Virus record (IMG/VR): IMGVR_UViG_3300025103_000058
Location: 1 to 39,858 of that record
Source: a virus
Taxonomy: Duplodnaviria; Caudoviricetes
DNA: 39,858 nucleotides
Direction: 5' to 3' (one strand)
Positions 29,301 to 36,908 of this stretch are shown here, in pieces; the stretch's first letter is position 1; every line of letters starts with the position of its first letter. Both the position numbers and the translations under genes were made by a program. The notes beneath the pieces were generated by a model. That model saw nothing but the letters and a program-made list of their open reading frames with translations. It was not told where the DNA came from and ran no database searches.

Positions 29301-32300
29301 ACTGAAAAAGTTAGTTTTGGTAGAGATGAGATTAGGGTTGACAACATAACTAAATACGAAAGATCTCTTATTGAAAAAGATTGGACTATGCAAGCGGAAA
29401 CAATAACGATTGAAGGTACTGTTAATCAAAAATACTTTGAAGAGTTTCAAGATCCAAGTAAGTTAGTTGGGTTTGAAAAAGCTAACATAAAGTATCTAAC
29501 ACCTGCTTACGAAAGATATTACGGTATTCAAGGTAAGAAAGTTAAAATAGTTGTAAAAACAATAGTTGAAGGAGCTTCATTAAATCAGCTGCAAACAGGC
29601 GAAACAACAATCGTAACAATAGACGGTGTTGTACAAGAAACAAACCTTAGGTTTTCTAAAAGTGATGTTAAGTTTTCTCGAGTTCAAAATGCAAATGAGT
29701 TTTCTTTATTTACGCCTAGCAAAAAGAAGAAAATTGGAGTATATTTACAGAATTTAGAAAATGTTCAAGAAGATGGATTAACAAAAGACTTCTTAACAAT
29801 GACTAGAGAGCTTGTTGAAGATGGGTTTGGTTTAATAGAAGTATTTGAAACAGTTAAAGCAGAACTTGGTTTGGTTAATGTTGGTATAGATGCTGTTTTA
29901 GCAAACGGTACTCTTGGTAAAATTCATATTGATAATATAATTAAAGACATTAAAGAGTTTGGGGTTGCTAAAATAAGAAAATTAGGACATGATTCTTCTG
30001 TAAAACACCTTAAAAGGAAGTTAGCAAACATTAAGAACACTGAAAGAAAAATAGAAATTATTAACGAATATTTAGCTAATGTTGGAAGACCAACTAGATC
30101 TGCTAAAGTCGAAGGTATTACTACTAATCAATTGTTATTGGAAGAGGTTATAGAAAACCTAAGTGAAGATGTTAAAGGGAACTATAGGGCAACCACTATC
30201 GCGCAAGACAAGAACAAGCCAGAAGCAGAGCAAAGGAAGAAAATGCAGTATAAAGATGGTAAAACTTGGAAAGATGTAGAGCTGTATGAGAATGTTGAAA
30301 ATATAAAAAACAATGCTCACAATGATACTGAGTTAGCTAACAAGGTAAATGAACAAGCGGTAAAAGCACAGGCTTATATATTTAAAATTGCAGATTCTAA
30401 AAGTTTAACTATTACTGAGAAAAAAGCTATAGTACAACTCATGGCTTATGATCAGAGAGGCGCTTTGAGAAAAATAGCTAAAATAGGTATGGTTGTTGAT
30501 CGTTCAGTTAGCGATTTAGATTCAAAGAAAACAGTATTAGAACATGAAATCACTAACAATGATATGCAAGGTTATGTTAATGATTATATTGATGGTAAAA
30601 TAAGTAAAGTTAAACTGCAAGAAATATTTGATGAAGCTAGAGTACACGTGTTACCTAAAGCGCTAGATAGAATATTAAATAGTGAAAGACTTAGGCGTAA
30701 GGGCGGTCGTAGTAGATATAATAACGCTGCTTTTAAAGACGCTCTTCAAAAACTAGTAGATAATAAAGTTATTGTCAATGCTAAATTTAGTAAATCTCAA
30801 GATTTTCAAAAGCTAGATAAAGCTATAATGTTCTCTCGTTCAACTAATAACGAATCTAAAGGTATTACTGTTTTAGATTTTGATGATACACTGGCAACGA
30901 CTAAATCTATGATTAGATTTACTAGACCAGATGGAACTAAAGGTACATTAAACGCAGAACAATATGCTAGTACATATCAAGAGCTAACAGAGTTAGGTTA
31001 TAAGTGGGACTTCTCAGAATTTAACAAAGTTGTAGATGGTAAGAAAGCTCCACTATTTGAAAAAGCTTTAAAATTACAAGATAAGTTTGGTCCTGAGAAT
31101 ATGTTTATATTAACCGCTAGACCCGCTGAATCTGCCGCTGCTATACACGCGTTTTTAAAAGCTAATGGTTTAAACATACCTTTAAAGAATATTACTGGAT
31201 TAGGAAATTCTACAGCAGACGCTAAAGCACTTTGGGTGGCTGAAAAAGTTGGTGAAGGTTATAATGACTTTTACTTTGCTGATGATGCTTTACAAAACGT
31301 AAAAGCCGTGCAGAATATGTTAGATCAACTCGATGTTAAATCTAAGGTTCAACAAGCTAGAGTTAAGTTTAGTAAGAATATGGATACTGAGTTTAACGAT
31401 ATACTAGAAGATGTAACAGGTATGGAATCTAAGAAAAGATTTTCCGCTATTAAAGGTAGAAAGCGTGGATCTAATAAAGGTAAGTTTAGATTCTTTATAC
31501 CACCATCACATGAAGATTTTGTAGGATTAATATATAATTTCTTAGGTAAAGGTAAGAAAGGAGACGCTCATAGAAATTTCTTTGAAAAAGCTTTAATTAG
31601 ACCTTTAAATAGAGCTAACAAAGAACTTGATGCAGCTAAGCAAAATGTAGCTAATGATTACAAAGCTTTAAATAAACAATTCCCAGGAATAAAAAAGAAA
31701 TTAAACAAGAAAACCCCTGATGGAGATTTTACATATCAAGACGCTATAAGAGTTTACATATGGAATAAACATGGTTATAAAATACCTGGTTTAAGCGAAA
31801 CTGATCAAGCAAAATTATCTGAATTGGTAATGGAAGATGCTGAATTACAAGCGTATGCGGAAACATTAAATGTAATATCTAAAAGAGAAGGTTATGTTAA
31901 ACCAACAGAAGGTTGGGAGGCTGGAGATATAAGAGTAGATTTAGATGATGCAACTGGAAGAGAAGGTAGAGCAGATTATCTTGCTGAGTTTAATGAAAAT
32001 GTAGATGTGATATTTTCTGAAGAAAACTTAAATAAAATAGAAGCTATATACGGTAAAAACGTTAGAAGCGCTATTGAAGACTCTATTTATAGAATTAAAA
32101 CTGGTAGAAATAGACCTAGTGGACAGAACGAACTTACAAACAGGTTTATGAACTATTTAAACGCTGCGGTTGGTTCTGTTATGTTTTTAAATATGAGATC
32201 AGCTTTATTACAACAACTATCTATTGTTAACTATATTAATTTTGCAGATAACAACATGTTTGCCGCTGCTAAAGCTTTTGCAAATGTAAAACAATATCGC

Positions 32301-33467
32301 GAAGATTGGGTTAAAATATTTAATTCAGATATGTTAAAGCAAAGACGTGGTGGTATACAAACTGATGTAAATGCCGCTGATCTTGTAAAAGAACTTAGTG
32401 GTAAAGATTTCACAGGTAGAGCTTTATTAGCTAAATTATTACAATTAGGATTTACACCAACACAAATTGGGGATAGTATAGCTATTGCAACAGGTGGAGC
32501 TACTTTTTATAGAAATAGAGTTAATACTTATTTAAAAGAAGGATTAAACCAAAAAGAAGCAGAAGCAAAAGCGTGGACAGATTTCCAAGATATAACTCAG
32601 TCTACTCAGCAATCAGCTAGACCAGATAAAGTATCACAGCAACAAGCTTCGCCTATTGGTAAGGTTATTTTGAATTTCCAAAACATTACATCTCAATACA
32701 ATAGAATAACTAAGAAAGCGCTTTCAGATATATATAATAGAAGAACAACGCCCGGTAACACAAGCTTAATACAAAGTGATATATCCAATGCGTCTAGAGT
32801 GGTTTATTATCTTGGAGTACAGAACTTAATATTTTACGGCTTGCAAACAGCTTTATTTGCTGTTATGTTTGATGATGACGAAGAGGAAGATAAGGTAACT
32901 AAAAAGCAAGAAAGAATAATACATGGTACTATAGATTCTATTTTAAGAGGATCTGGTGTAATGGGAGCTGTAGTTGCTACTTTGAAAAACATAGCGAGAC
33001 AATGGATGAAAGAAAGGGGCAAAGATTATAATCCAGACGAAAGTAGTGTTTTATTAGAATTACTAAACGTTTCTCCAGTTCTAGGTATTAAATCTAGGCA
33101 TATAACTTTGGGTGAAAAAACTCTTAATTATAACAAAAAAGTTATAAAAGAAATGGAAACATTCGACATTGATAATCCAATGTGGTCAGCATATACTCGT
33201 TATATAGAAGGTATAACAGGCGCGCCAACATATAGAGTATATCAGAAAGTACAAAATATGCAAGAGGTTTTAAACAATCAACATACAGCTCTGGAAAGAA
33301 TCTTGATGTTTTGGGGTTGGACTCAATATAATCTTGATATTGAAAATAAAGAAATACAAGAAATAAAAGATAGACTTAAGAAAGATAAGAAGAAAAGTAA
33401 AAAGAAGAAAAAACCACTAAGTAGAGAGGAAATTAGAAGAAAAAACCTATTAAAAAGTAGAAGATAG
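23316..33467 (+). CDS. Giant polyvalent internal virion protein (zincin-like HExxH, sigma-region-2-like, WC-motif and HAD phosphatase modules)
   Basis: 3383 aa. RTHEVGH at 26415-26435; HAD motifs DFDDT, LTAR, K and FADD at about 30876-31286; hydrophobic segments near 24.9-25.6 kb and 32.8 kb; basic C-terminal tail. Confidence 0.75.
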   Translation: MLEELYQGLYDDGYFYGSFEQFQEKFKDLDYRKTLHAGIVNDGDFTGDFNTFENKFTVNKFTGAATEVPAYNPETILSSSDYASPLDVVGYNIDAHTSLFNKGEGEAVRKLKELYPGFNFEEVRLGSKEGSGLDAVEISTQDGKHSATFDMNIGGLNLYSKGKKYKRKIQPREIIDENGKTTTVAEEYFSPIIENGRTVGYKSSIDDKQYTEAKVKKIATPMSPGLSEEEGRDRSFNILKDFVNKYSTDENWAAQDAAKKARRKTWEDINAWRDKLAAEEITEIEKKFKEGTLFGKEIKTKIASSGVSTMGVGSGSSVQKYEVQLYKEELERALKDLKAEYEADGNKSQPTTEEVHERALEYVIDSVQEKALTEIIETDGYQHNYSYKIGGDGGRNKATKAEKYTIAAKEFDVDFNKDYSLLTAKALELDNGVEITRFNEINSQLEDPDFVFDIMPGESVVTLQGGRQIPERIFNEFKGLNVKINNKIKAFKSFQEKVMEKAVQYSDNAAAIDIARRNYNGLEKFLTTIALGTTEMFFNATIGMNLMGGGENKDAIEFLSDFKTSTSEIRESYAKDVEFDNAFDSLTNFGTFMAQEIANQIPVFAALAIPGVGAATLGLSAFGEHYTDLSIERNSEGGRQLSNAEMWWMSAGFGASELVFESLTTIPLLKAAKRGFSITPGKKTLLDQTVGKYFKKNIGKTVYGIASEPIGEGMTQLTQNIIDGKPLTQGLDHAMFSGLMFGTTLSVAPFARGLYLSQFNDHAANIEYRQRVDKLKNLNKTNLNIKINLKAGITNAGTQADINNNNKIIADLQAENETHVREQEALVNSLSDDATKYYFALNSELEGIKNEAIEVDNNTTLTDQQRNDRLKVLQVKFDSKQRQKDFFRDKNAFGNEWDAYSGLDENADDVAALKKQAGDDLVNVNLEATKGRRKEPTEIEINQRAKFLYNVRKIKRDHAANSKAGLTNTKLFETNEDAIAWVEKQTNISEAAKAEFFKGVKDGNVHGANIPTQDGQVPFIVANNMAMDDRLETRTHEVGHSVFVKAIGSNPAAFKELSGQITEYLKQANPAAYKRLQFRLNQAGAIKDKLYDETIMVFLEEVASGKVDIAKSKQAGFLANLMNKGIEKVGGRKIDLKGETDAINFLIGIAKKIKAGTIDTKDIQAIRENRIAKQAAESAPKTKSEPATKFSKNQTNAVNELADMGWTNKTWKEQGADFAIKEMQSNKMLDGLIRSKYKADIVPDNFVDLVYSELVNHVKNFKPEQNDNLFGWINSQIANKAGNVYNREFKVADEMKGAKDIGKTTKEGEVKVQVAAEKSAEMEAFEEEDLSIEGQAKKEKADKQRYSEFRKKLGFETGSKIYNEVLDNVKKSLMMAYSTTQNITDVQLRAKAIAAKLKKEYANLNSPLFKQIKNFLTYGVADVHVKRGTKDTYISNLKKFREDIVKNISTADLVQMERNTPEADRIFTNFVKTLTSIEQVQDAVNREQLPPEALNKITKDKKTGKGAFSPSLYNKIMPTETELVSWADQPGINPVTGSRQGLKGTRKDGIAMRMVNGLVTDAIMEARQSEEVQSKIAEMDIDPGSVAELGAAIGREVNVKFSKSNAIGDISAAIDGTGDVNVYSQIKFSKSHREAYEKQLTKRRPDLTEDQRKNAVQSVFDFVDGKEIPNHKKSKYEKMAMHYTANGFLILPEDGYKVIEAERIATQKKIDPFSFKNPNELIETFVGEVKGARTNPDKVKAFTNKTELTDGVTIYDVEDSKQGQKDVRKVIDTHFGKKSNPWCLAARQEQVGMEETIDGRENAITFRDGLIDEGYVIEDFSKVEDYGEGEYYRIEFTSKQKGELGQAWQHWKQYNQEGNGHKIAFHDGKLIAFRDGNNMEWWDRNDKSTNAPVIRGKKDKDGFKPVSLVYKNKSEVIRYEKVTGDKKNGTITLKDGDGDFISQKTKKNGRTDGVSIEVDNKNKRSNNYNLKRTQNFKEGQRLDFKEERTYNNPIATEKVSFGRDEIRVDNITKYERSLIEKDWTMQAETITIEGTVNQKYFEEFQDPSKLVGFEKANIKYLTPAYERYYGIQGKKVKIVVKTIVEGASLNQLQTGETTIVTIDGVVQETNLRFSKSDVKFSRVQNANEFSLFTPSKKKKIGVYLQNLENVQEDGLTKDFLTMTRELVEDGFGLIEVFETVKAELGLVNVGIDAVLANGTLGKIHIDNIIKDIKEFGVAKIRKLGHDSSVKHLKRKLANIKNTERKIEIINEYLANVGRPTRSAKVEGITTNQLLLEEVIENLSEDVKGNYRATTIAQDKNKPEAEQRKKMQYKDGKTWKDVELYENVENIKNNAHNDTELANKVNEQAVKAQAYIFKIADSKSLTITEKKAIVQLMAYDQRGALRKIAKIGMVVDRSVSDLDSKKTVLEHEITNNDMQGYVNDYIDGKISKVKLQEIFDEARVHVLPKALDRILNSERLRRKGGRSRYNNAAFKDALQKLVDNKVIVNAKFSKSQDFQKLDKAIMFSRSTNNESKGITVLDFDDTLATTKSMIRFTRPDGTKGTLNAEQYASTYQELTELGYKWDFSEFNKVVDGKKAPLFEKALKLQDKFGPENMFILTARPAESAAAIHAFLKANGLNIPLKNITGLGNSTADAKALWVAEKVGEGYNDFYFADDALQNVKAVQNMLDQLDVKSKVQQARVKFSKNMDTEFNDILEDVTGMESKKRFSAIKGRKRGSNKGKFRFFIPPSHEDFVGLIYNFLGKGKKGDAHRNFFEKALIRPLNRANKELDAAKQNVANDYKALNKQFPGIKKKLNKKTPDGDFTYQDAIRVYIWNKHGYKIPGLSETDQAKLSELVMEDAELQAYAETLNVISKREGYVKPTEGWEAGDIRVDLDDATGREGRADYLAEFNENVDVIFSEENLNKIEAIYGKNVRSAIEDSIYRIKTGRNRPSGQNELTNRFMNYLNAAVGSVMFLNMRSALLQQLSIVNYINFADNNMFAAAKAFANVKQYREDWVKIFNSDMLKQRRGGIQTDVNAADLVKELSGKDFTGRALLAKLLQLGFTPTQIGDSIAIATGGATFYRNRVNTYLKEGLNQKEAEAKAWTDFQDITQSTQQSARPDKVSQQQASPIGKVILNFQNITSQYNRITKKALSDIYNRRTTPGNTSLIQSDISNASRVVYYLGVQNLIFYGLQTALFAVMFDDDEEEDKVTKKQERIIHGTIDSILRGSGVMGAVVATLKNIARQWMKERGKDYNPDESSVLLELLNVSPVLGIKSRHITLGEKTLNYNKKVIKEMETFDIDNPMWSAYTRYIEGITGAPTYRVYQKVQNMQEVLNNQHTALERILMFWGWTQYNLDIENKEIQEIKDRLKKDKKKSKKKKKPLSREEIRRKNLLKSRR

Positions 33468-33471
33468 ATAA

Positions 33472-33503
33472 AGTAAACAATTGAAAAAATAAGTGATTAT
33501 AAT
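33472..33503 (+). promoter_or_regulatory. Putative phage promoter AGTAAA-N15-GTGATTATAAT
   Basis: Intergenic. Same bipartite motif and 15-nt spacer as at 20341. Confidence 0.5.
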
Positions 33504-33508
33504 TTGAT

Positions 33509-33817
33509 ATGGCAACAACTGCACAAGAAATAGCATTAATGAAAAAAGATATCGAAACTTTGGGAGAAGACGTTAAGGAGATAAATGATAAGTTGGATAG
33601 ACTAATGATCAAGTTACTAGACCCAGACGAAGGTTTAGTGGTTAGGGTTAACAAAAATACTAATCGTTTAGACGAGAGAGATAAAAATCTAGCTGGCTGG
33701 ATGAAGGATGTTCGTGATTTTCATTATATGAAAAAATGGAAATCTACAGTGACAAAAGCTCTTTGGGGTTTATATGCTGCTATTATAGGTTATATTGTTA
33801 AATTGTTATTCTGGTAA
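33509..33817 (+). CDS. Coiled-coil protein with a C-terminal transmembrane helix (holin/XhlA-like candidate)
   Basis: Heptad N-terminus and C-terminal ALWGLYAAIIGYIVKLLFW. Confidence 0.5.
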   Translation: MATTAQEIALMKKDIETLGEDVKEINDKLDRLMIKLLDPDEGLVVRVNKNTNRLDERDKNLAGWMKDVRDFHYMKKWKSTVTKALWGLYAAIIGYIVKLLFW

Positions 33818-33818
33818 A

Positions 33819-33896
33819 ATGAAATACATATTACTAATAGCGATATCTTTAATTCTTGGGAGAATAGTTTGTTACTACTTACACGAATGTGAATAA
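33819..33896 (+). CDS. 25-aa membrane peptide (not in ORF track)
   Basis: MKYILLIAISLILGRIVCYYLHECE. Fills the gap exactly, and its TAA overlaps the next ATG (TAATG). Confidence 0.55.
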   Translation: MKYILLIAISLILGRIVCYYLHECE

Positions 33897-34114
33897 TGAA
33901 AGACTTTAAAATTAACATCGGAAACATAATCTGGATAATAGGTATTATCTTTACTATGGGTATGGCTTATAGTCAAATAGCTCAATTAGGAGAAGATATT
34001 ATAATTCTAGATAGAAGACTAGAGAAAAAGATTAAAATAATAAACGAAAACGAAGACCGTATAGTAGAGCTTGAAAAAGAACTAGCAAAACTAGAAGGTT
34101 GCAAACACAAATAA
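33896..34114 (+). CDS. Protein with N-terminal TM helix and coiled coil (lysis-associated candidate)
   Basis: IIWIIGIIFTMGMAY helix followed by a charged heptad segment. Confidence 0.5.
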   Translation: MKDFKINIGNIIWIIGIIFTMGMAYSQIAQLGEDIIILDRRLEKKIKIINENEDRIVELEKELAKLEGCKHK

Positions 34115-34144
34115 ACAAAACCAACAAAAACAAAAATAAAAATT

Positions 34145-34564
34145 ATGGCAACAACAACAGCAACAATTACACTTGCTAGTGCAGACCTACTTAGCGACAG
34201 CTTATCGTTGTCGTCTACTACGACTCTTTACGACGCGGGTACAACAACTGGATTAACTCAATACGACTCAGGTAGAGTAAAAATACCTGGAGACAACAAT
34301 ATATATGTGTTATTAGATTCTACCGCAGCAGCAGTGGATAAGGGGAACAGGGTGTATGTGGTAAATAAAAACACTGACGAAACTCATTATGTTATAGTGT
34401 CAATAGATGAAGCGGTGTTAGGTAGATTATATGGAGGAGACTGGATGTTTATTCCTTGGAGTCAAGCAGACGCAGCTGCAAACCTTGAAATTAAAGCACC
34501 CAATGAAGTCAACACGGTAGAATACGCTATTTTCCATGAAGGTAGAACGTTTACAGGAGCATAA
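34145..34564 (+). CDS. Putative virion decoration/structural protein, paralog A
   Basis: MATTTATITLAS...LYGGDWMFIPW. Shares motifs with the next ORF. Confidence 0.55.
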   Translation: MATTTATITLASADLLSDSLSLSSTTTLYDAGTTTGLTQYDSGRVKIPGDNNIYVLLDSTAAAVDKGNRVYVVNKNTDETHYVIVSIDEAVLGRLYGGDWMFIPWSQADAAANLEIKAPNEVNTVEYAIFHEGRTFTGA

Positions 34565-34587
34565 TAATAACATTAAAAACAATAAAC

Positions 34588-35037
34588 ATGGCAACAACAA
34601 CAGCAACAATAACATTAGCTAGTTCTGATATTGCAGACAATAGTATTTCTATATCTAACACAGCTACACTAACTAAAGCTGGTAGCACGACAGGATTAGA
34701 TCAAACAAGTGGTTTGAGAAGAAGAACTTTTACTTCTATGAGTACAGTAAAGCTTATAGATCTTGATCATTATCAAGACCAAACTCTTACAGAAGACAAA
34801 GCAGCGAAGGTGTATATTAAAAACACTGGAACTTCAACTGCTGAACACGTAGCGGTCGGTATACAAAATGGTGCGGGTGCATTAGAGGAAATAGGTTGGT
34901 TATACGGTGGGGACTGGATGTTCTTCCCTTACTCAGCAGTATGGACGAGTGCGGCTCACGCAAACAATCAAGATATTGATGTGACTCCTAGTAGTACTGA
35001 TTCTGTTACTTTAGAATACATGATAATTCACGAGTAA
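34588..35037 (+). CDS. Putative virion decoration/structural protein, paralog B
   Basis: MATTTATITLAS...LYGGDWMFFPY...LEYMIIHE. Confidence 0.55.
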   Translation: MATTTATITLASSDIADNSISISNTATLTKAGSTTGLDQTSGLRRRTFTSMSTVKLIDLDHYQDQTLTEDKAAKVYIKNTGTSTAEHVAVGIQNGAGALEEIGWLYGGDWMFFPYSAVWTSAAHANNQDIDVTPSSTDSVTLEYMIIHE

Positions 35038-35040
35038 TAA

Positions 35041-35337
35041 ATGGCTCAATATTTTAATATAACCGGAGCATTAACACAAGAGTTATTGTCGGCAGGAGAT
35101 AGCGTTCTAGTATCAAGTATACAACTAGTTAACACTCATGCTACTGACAGCGTGACTGTAGATGTGTTTATTGAAAAGAAACTTACTGGTACATTTTACT
35201 TGCTAAAAAAAATAAACTTACCCATAGGTGTTACCTTGGTATATGATGCTGCGAAGTTTAATAATCGTGTCGGTGAATTCGGGTTATATATAAAATTAAG
35301 TGCAGCAGATAGCACTGTGGACGTAATAATAAACTAA
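35041..35337 (+). CDS. Small beta-rich putative structural protein
   Basis: 98 aa with SIQLVNTHATDSVTVDV. Tightly packed within the operon. Confidence 0.5.
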   Translation: MAQYFNITGALTQELLSAGDSVLVSSIQLVNTHATDSVTVDVFIEKKLTGTFYLLKKINLPIGVTLVYDAAKFNNRVGEFGLYIKLSAADSTVDVIIN

Positions 35338-35338
35338 C

Positions 35339-36286
35339 ATGAAGTGGATAGGCCAATACGTATATGATCTAATATCTAGATTCCGTAATGACGTCTATTT
35401 AGAAGATATAGACACTGGTACTATAGCTAGTGGTGGTAACTTAGGTTTAGACTCAAATAATAAAATAGTTAAAGCAACCGTTAGCGGTGGTGGTAGTGGA
35501 GATATAGAAGGCGTAACCGCAGGAACAAATCTTACTGGTGGTGGAACTAGTGGAACTGTTACATTAAATTTAGCTGACGCTAGTACTTCTGCAAAAGGAG
35601 CTGCTAGTTTTGCTTCAGCAGATTTTGATGTTAGTTCTGGAGCTGTGGGCTTAGCTGACGAATGTGTTGTTTTTGATTATCTTGATGGGGATTTAATACA
35701 AACGTCTTCAGAATCATTTGTTGATGATGATACTAGTATAATGACGTCAGCTGCTATTCAAGACAAAATACAAACAACACTACCAACAAAAAGATTACAC
35801 TACGTGCACACATCTGCGAAATTCACTGGTAGTGGTATGACTAGTGAAATCTACGTGCCTCTAGCAGATTCTGATAGAGAGAATGTGCTTGAACTTAATC
35901 TCGCTATCCCACTTGTAGCTCCAGCAACTGGAGTATTAAAAAGAGTTTTAATAAATACTCAATCAAGCTTATCAGCAAAAGCTTGGTCGTTTAAATTAAA
36001 GAGAGTTCCCAATGGAACAATAGGTTCAACTACAACATTGATAGCGACGGTTACAGCAAACGCCGGTGGAGCCTCGCACACCAACCACGTTGTAGATTTT
36101 ACAACAGACGCCAGTGATGCGGCTAACGCTTGTAATTTTGAAACTGGTTATTCTACATCAACTCAGTTCAGTGTAGGTGATAGAATATTGTTTAGCACTC
36201 AATGTACGTCTGGCTCTGGCCCAAGTGGTCAGCCAAAAATAAACTACACGTTTGTGTTCGAGGTAGATGACACAACGGCATATTAA
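35339..36286 (+). CDS. Putative fibre protein
   Basis: GDIEGVTAGTNLTGGGTSGTVTLN fibre-type linker, FVDDDTSIMTSAAIQDKI segment and a beta-rich C-terminal domain. Confidence 0.6.
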   Translation: MKWIGQYVYDLISRFRNDVYLEDIDTGTIASGGNLGLDSNNKIVKATVSGGGSGDIEGVTAGTNLTGGGTSGTVTLNLADASTSAKGAASFASADFDVSSGAVGLADECVVFDYLDGDLIQTSSESFVDDDTSIMTSAAIQDKIQTTLPTKRLHYVHTSAKFTGSGMTSEIYVPLADSDRENVLELNLAIPLVAPATGVLKRVLINTQSSLSAKAWSFKLKRVPNGTIGSTTTLIATVTANAGGASHTNHVVDFTTDASDAANACNFETGYSTSTQFSVGDRILFSTQCTSGSGPSGQPKINYTFVFEVDDTTAY

Positions 36287-36298
36287 ATAATATAAAAA

Positions 36299-36754
36299 AT
36301 GATAAGCAAACACATAAGCGATAAGGAAGGAGTGTATAGCATAACAGCGATGCGCCGAGGATTAGATAATACTCCAAATCAATTTGAGTTAGCTAACATG
36401 AAAGAGTTAGCTGAACAAGTGTTTGAACCATTAAGAGAGTGGGTTGGTGGACCAATTAGAGTTAATAGCTTCTACAGAGGTAAAGCCTTAAACAAAGCTA
36501 TTGGCGGATCAACATCATCTCAACATTGTAAGGGTCAAGCTATAGATATAGATGACACTAGATGTAAAAAGACTAACGCTGAGATGTATGAATGGGTTAA
36601 AGAGAATATAAACTTCGATCAAATGATCTGGGAGTTTGGAGATGATAAGAATCCTAATTGGATTCACATTAGTTATGTCAATGAAATTGATAATCGGAAC
36701 AGATGCTTAAAAGCATATAAAGACAAAGGAAAAACTAAATACACGGTTATTTAA
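36299..36754 (+). CDS. Endolysin, peptidase M15 family (Peptidase_M15_3-like)
   Basis: PIRVNSFYR, LNKAIGGSTSSQHCKGQAIDI and WIHISY: SxHxxGxAxD plus distal His zinc ligands. Confidence 0.88.
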   Translation: MISKHISDKEGVYSITAMRRGLDNTPNQFELANMKELAEQVFEPLREWVGGPIRVNSFYRGKALNKAIGGSTSSQHCKGQAIDIDDTRCKKTNAEMYEWVKENINFDQMIWEFGDDKNPNWIHISYVNEIDNRNRCLKAYKDKGKTKYTVI

Positions 36755-36840
36755 TGATTTGTAAATTGTTTTTATATTACTTAGTTTTCATAATGCTAGC
36801 TGGGTTAATAACGTATATTGTGAGTCAACAAGAAGAATAA
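36754..36840 (+). CDS. 28-aa membrane peptide (not in ORF track)
   Basis: MICKLFLYYLVFIMLAGLITYIVSQQEE. TAATG-coupled to the endolysin stop and ends just before the terminator. Confidence 0.5.
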   Translation: MICKLFLYYLVFIMLAGLITYIVSQQEE

Positions 36841-36855
36841 TTTAAATAAATACAT

Positions 36856-36892
36856 AAAAAAAAAGGGGGTAACTTTCGTTACTCCCTTTCTT
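36856..36892. terminator. Bidirectional rho-independent terminator between convergent modules
   Basis: A9-GGGGGTAAC-TTTC-GTTACTCCC-TTTCTT, located at the strand switch. Confidence 0.85.
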
Positions 36893-36908
36893 AGTTTAGT
36901 GCATAGCA

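Noticed and set aside
21732-33467. Virion RNA polymerase as in phi14:2/crAssphage giant genes
   Set aside because: No convincing catalytic DFDxD/DxDGD context. DFDDT belongs to a complete HAD motif set, and DVDKDGDID fits an EF-hand-like loop.
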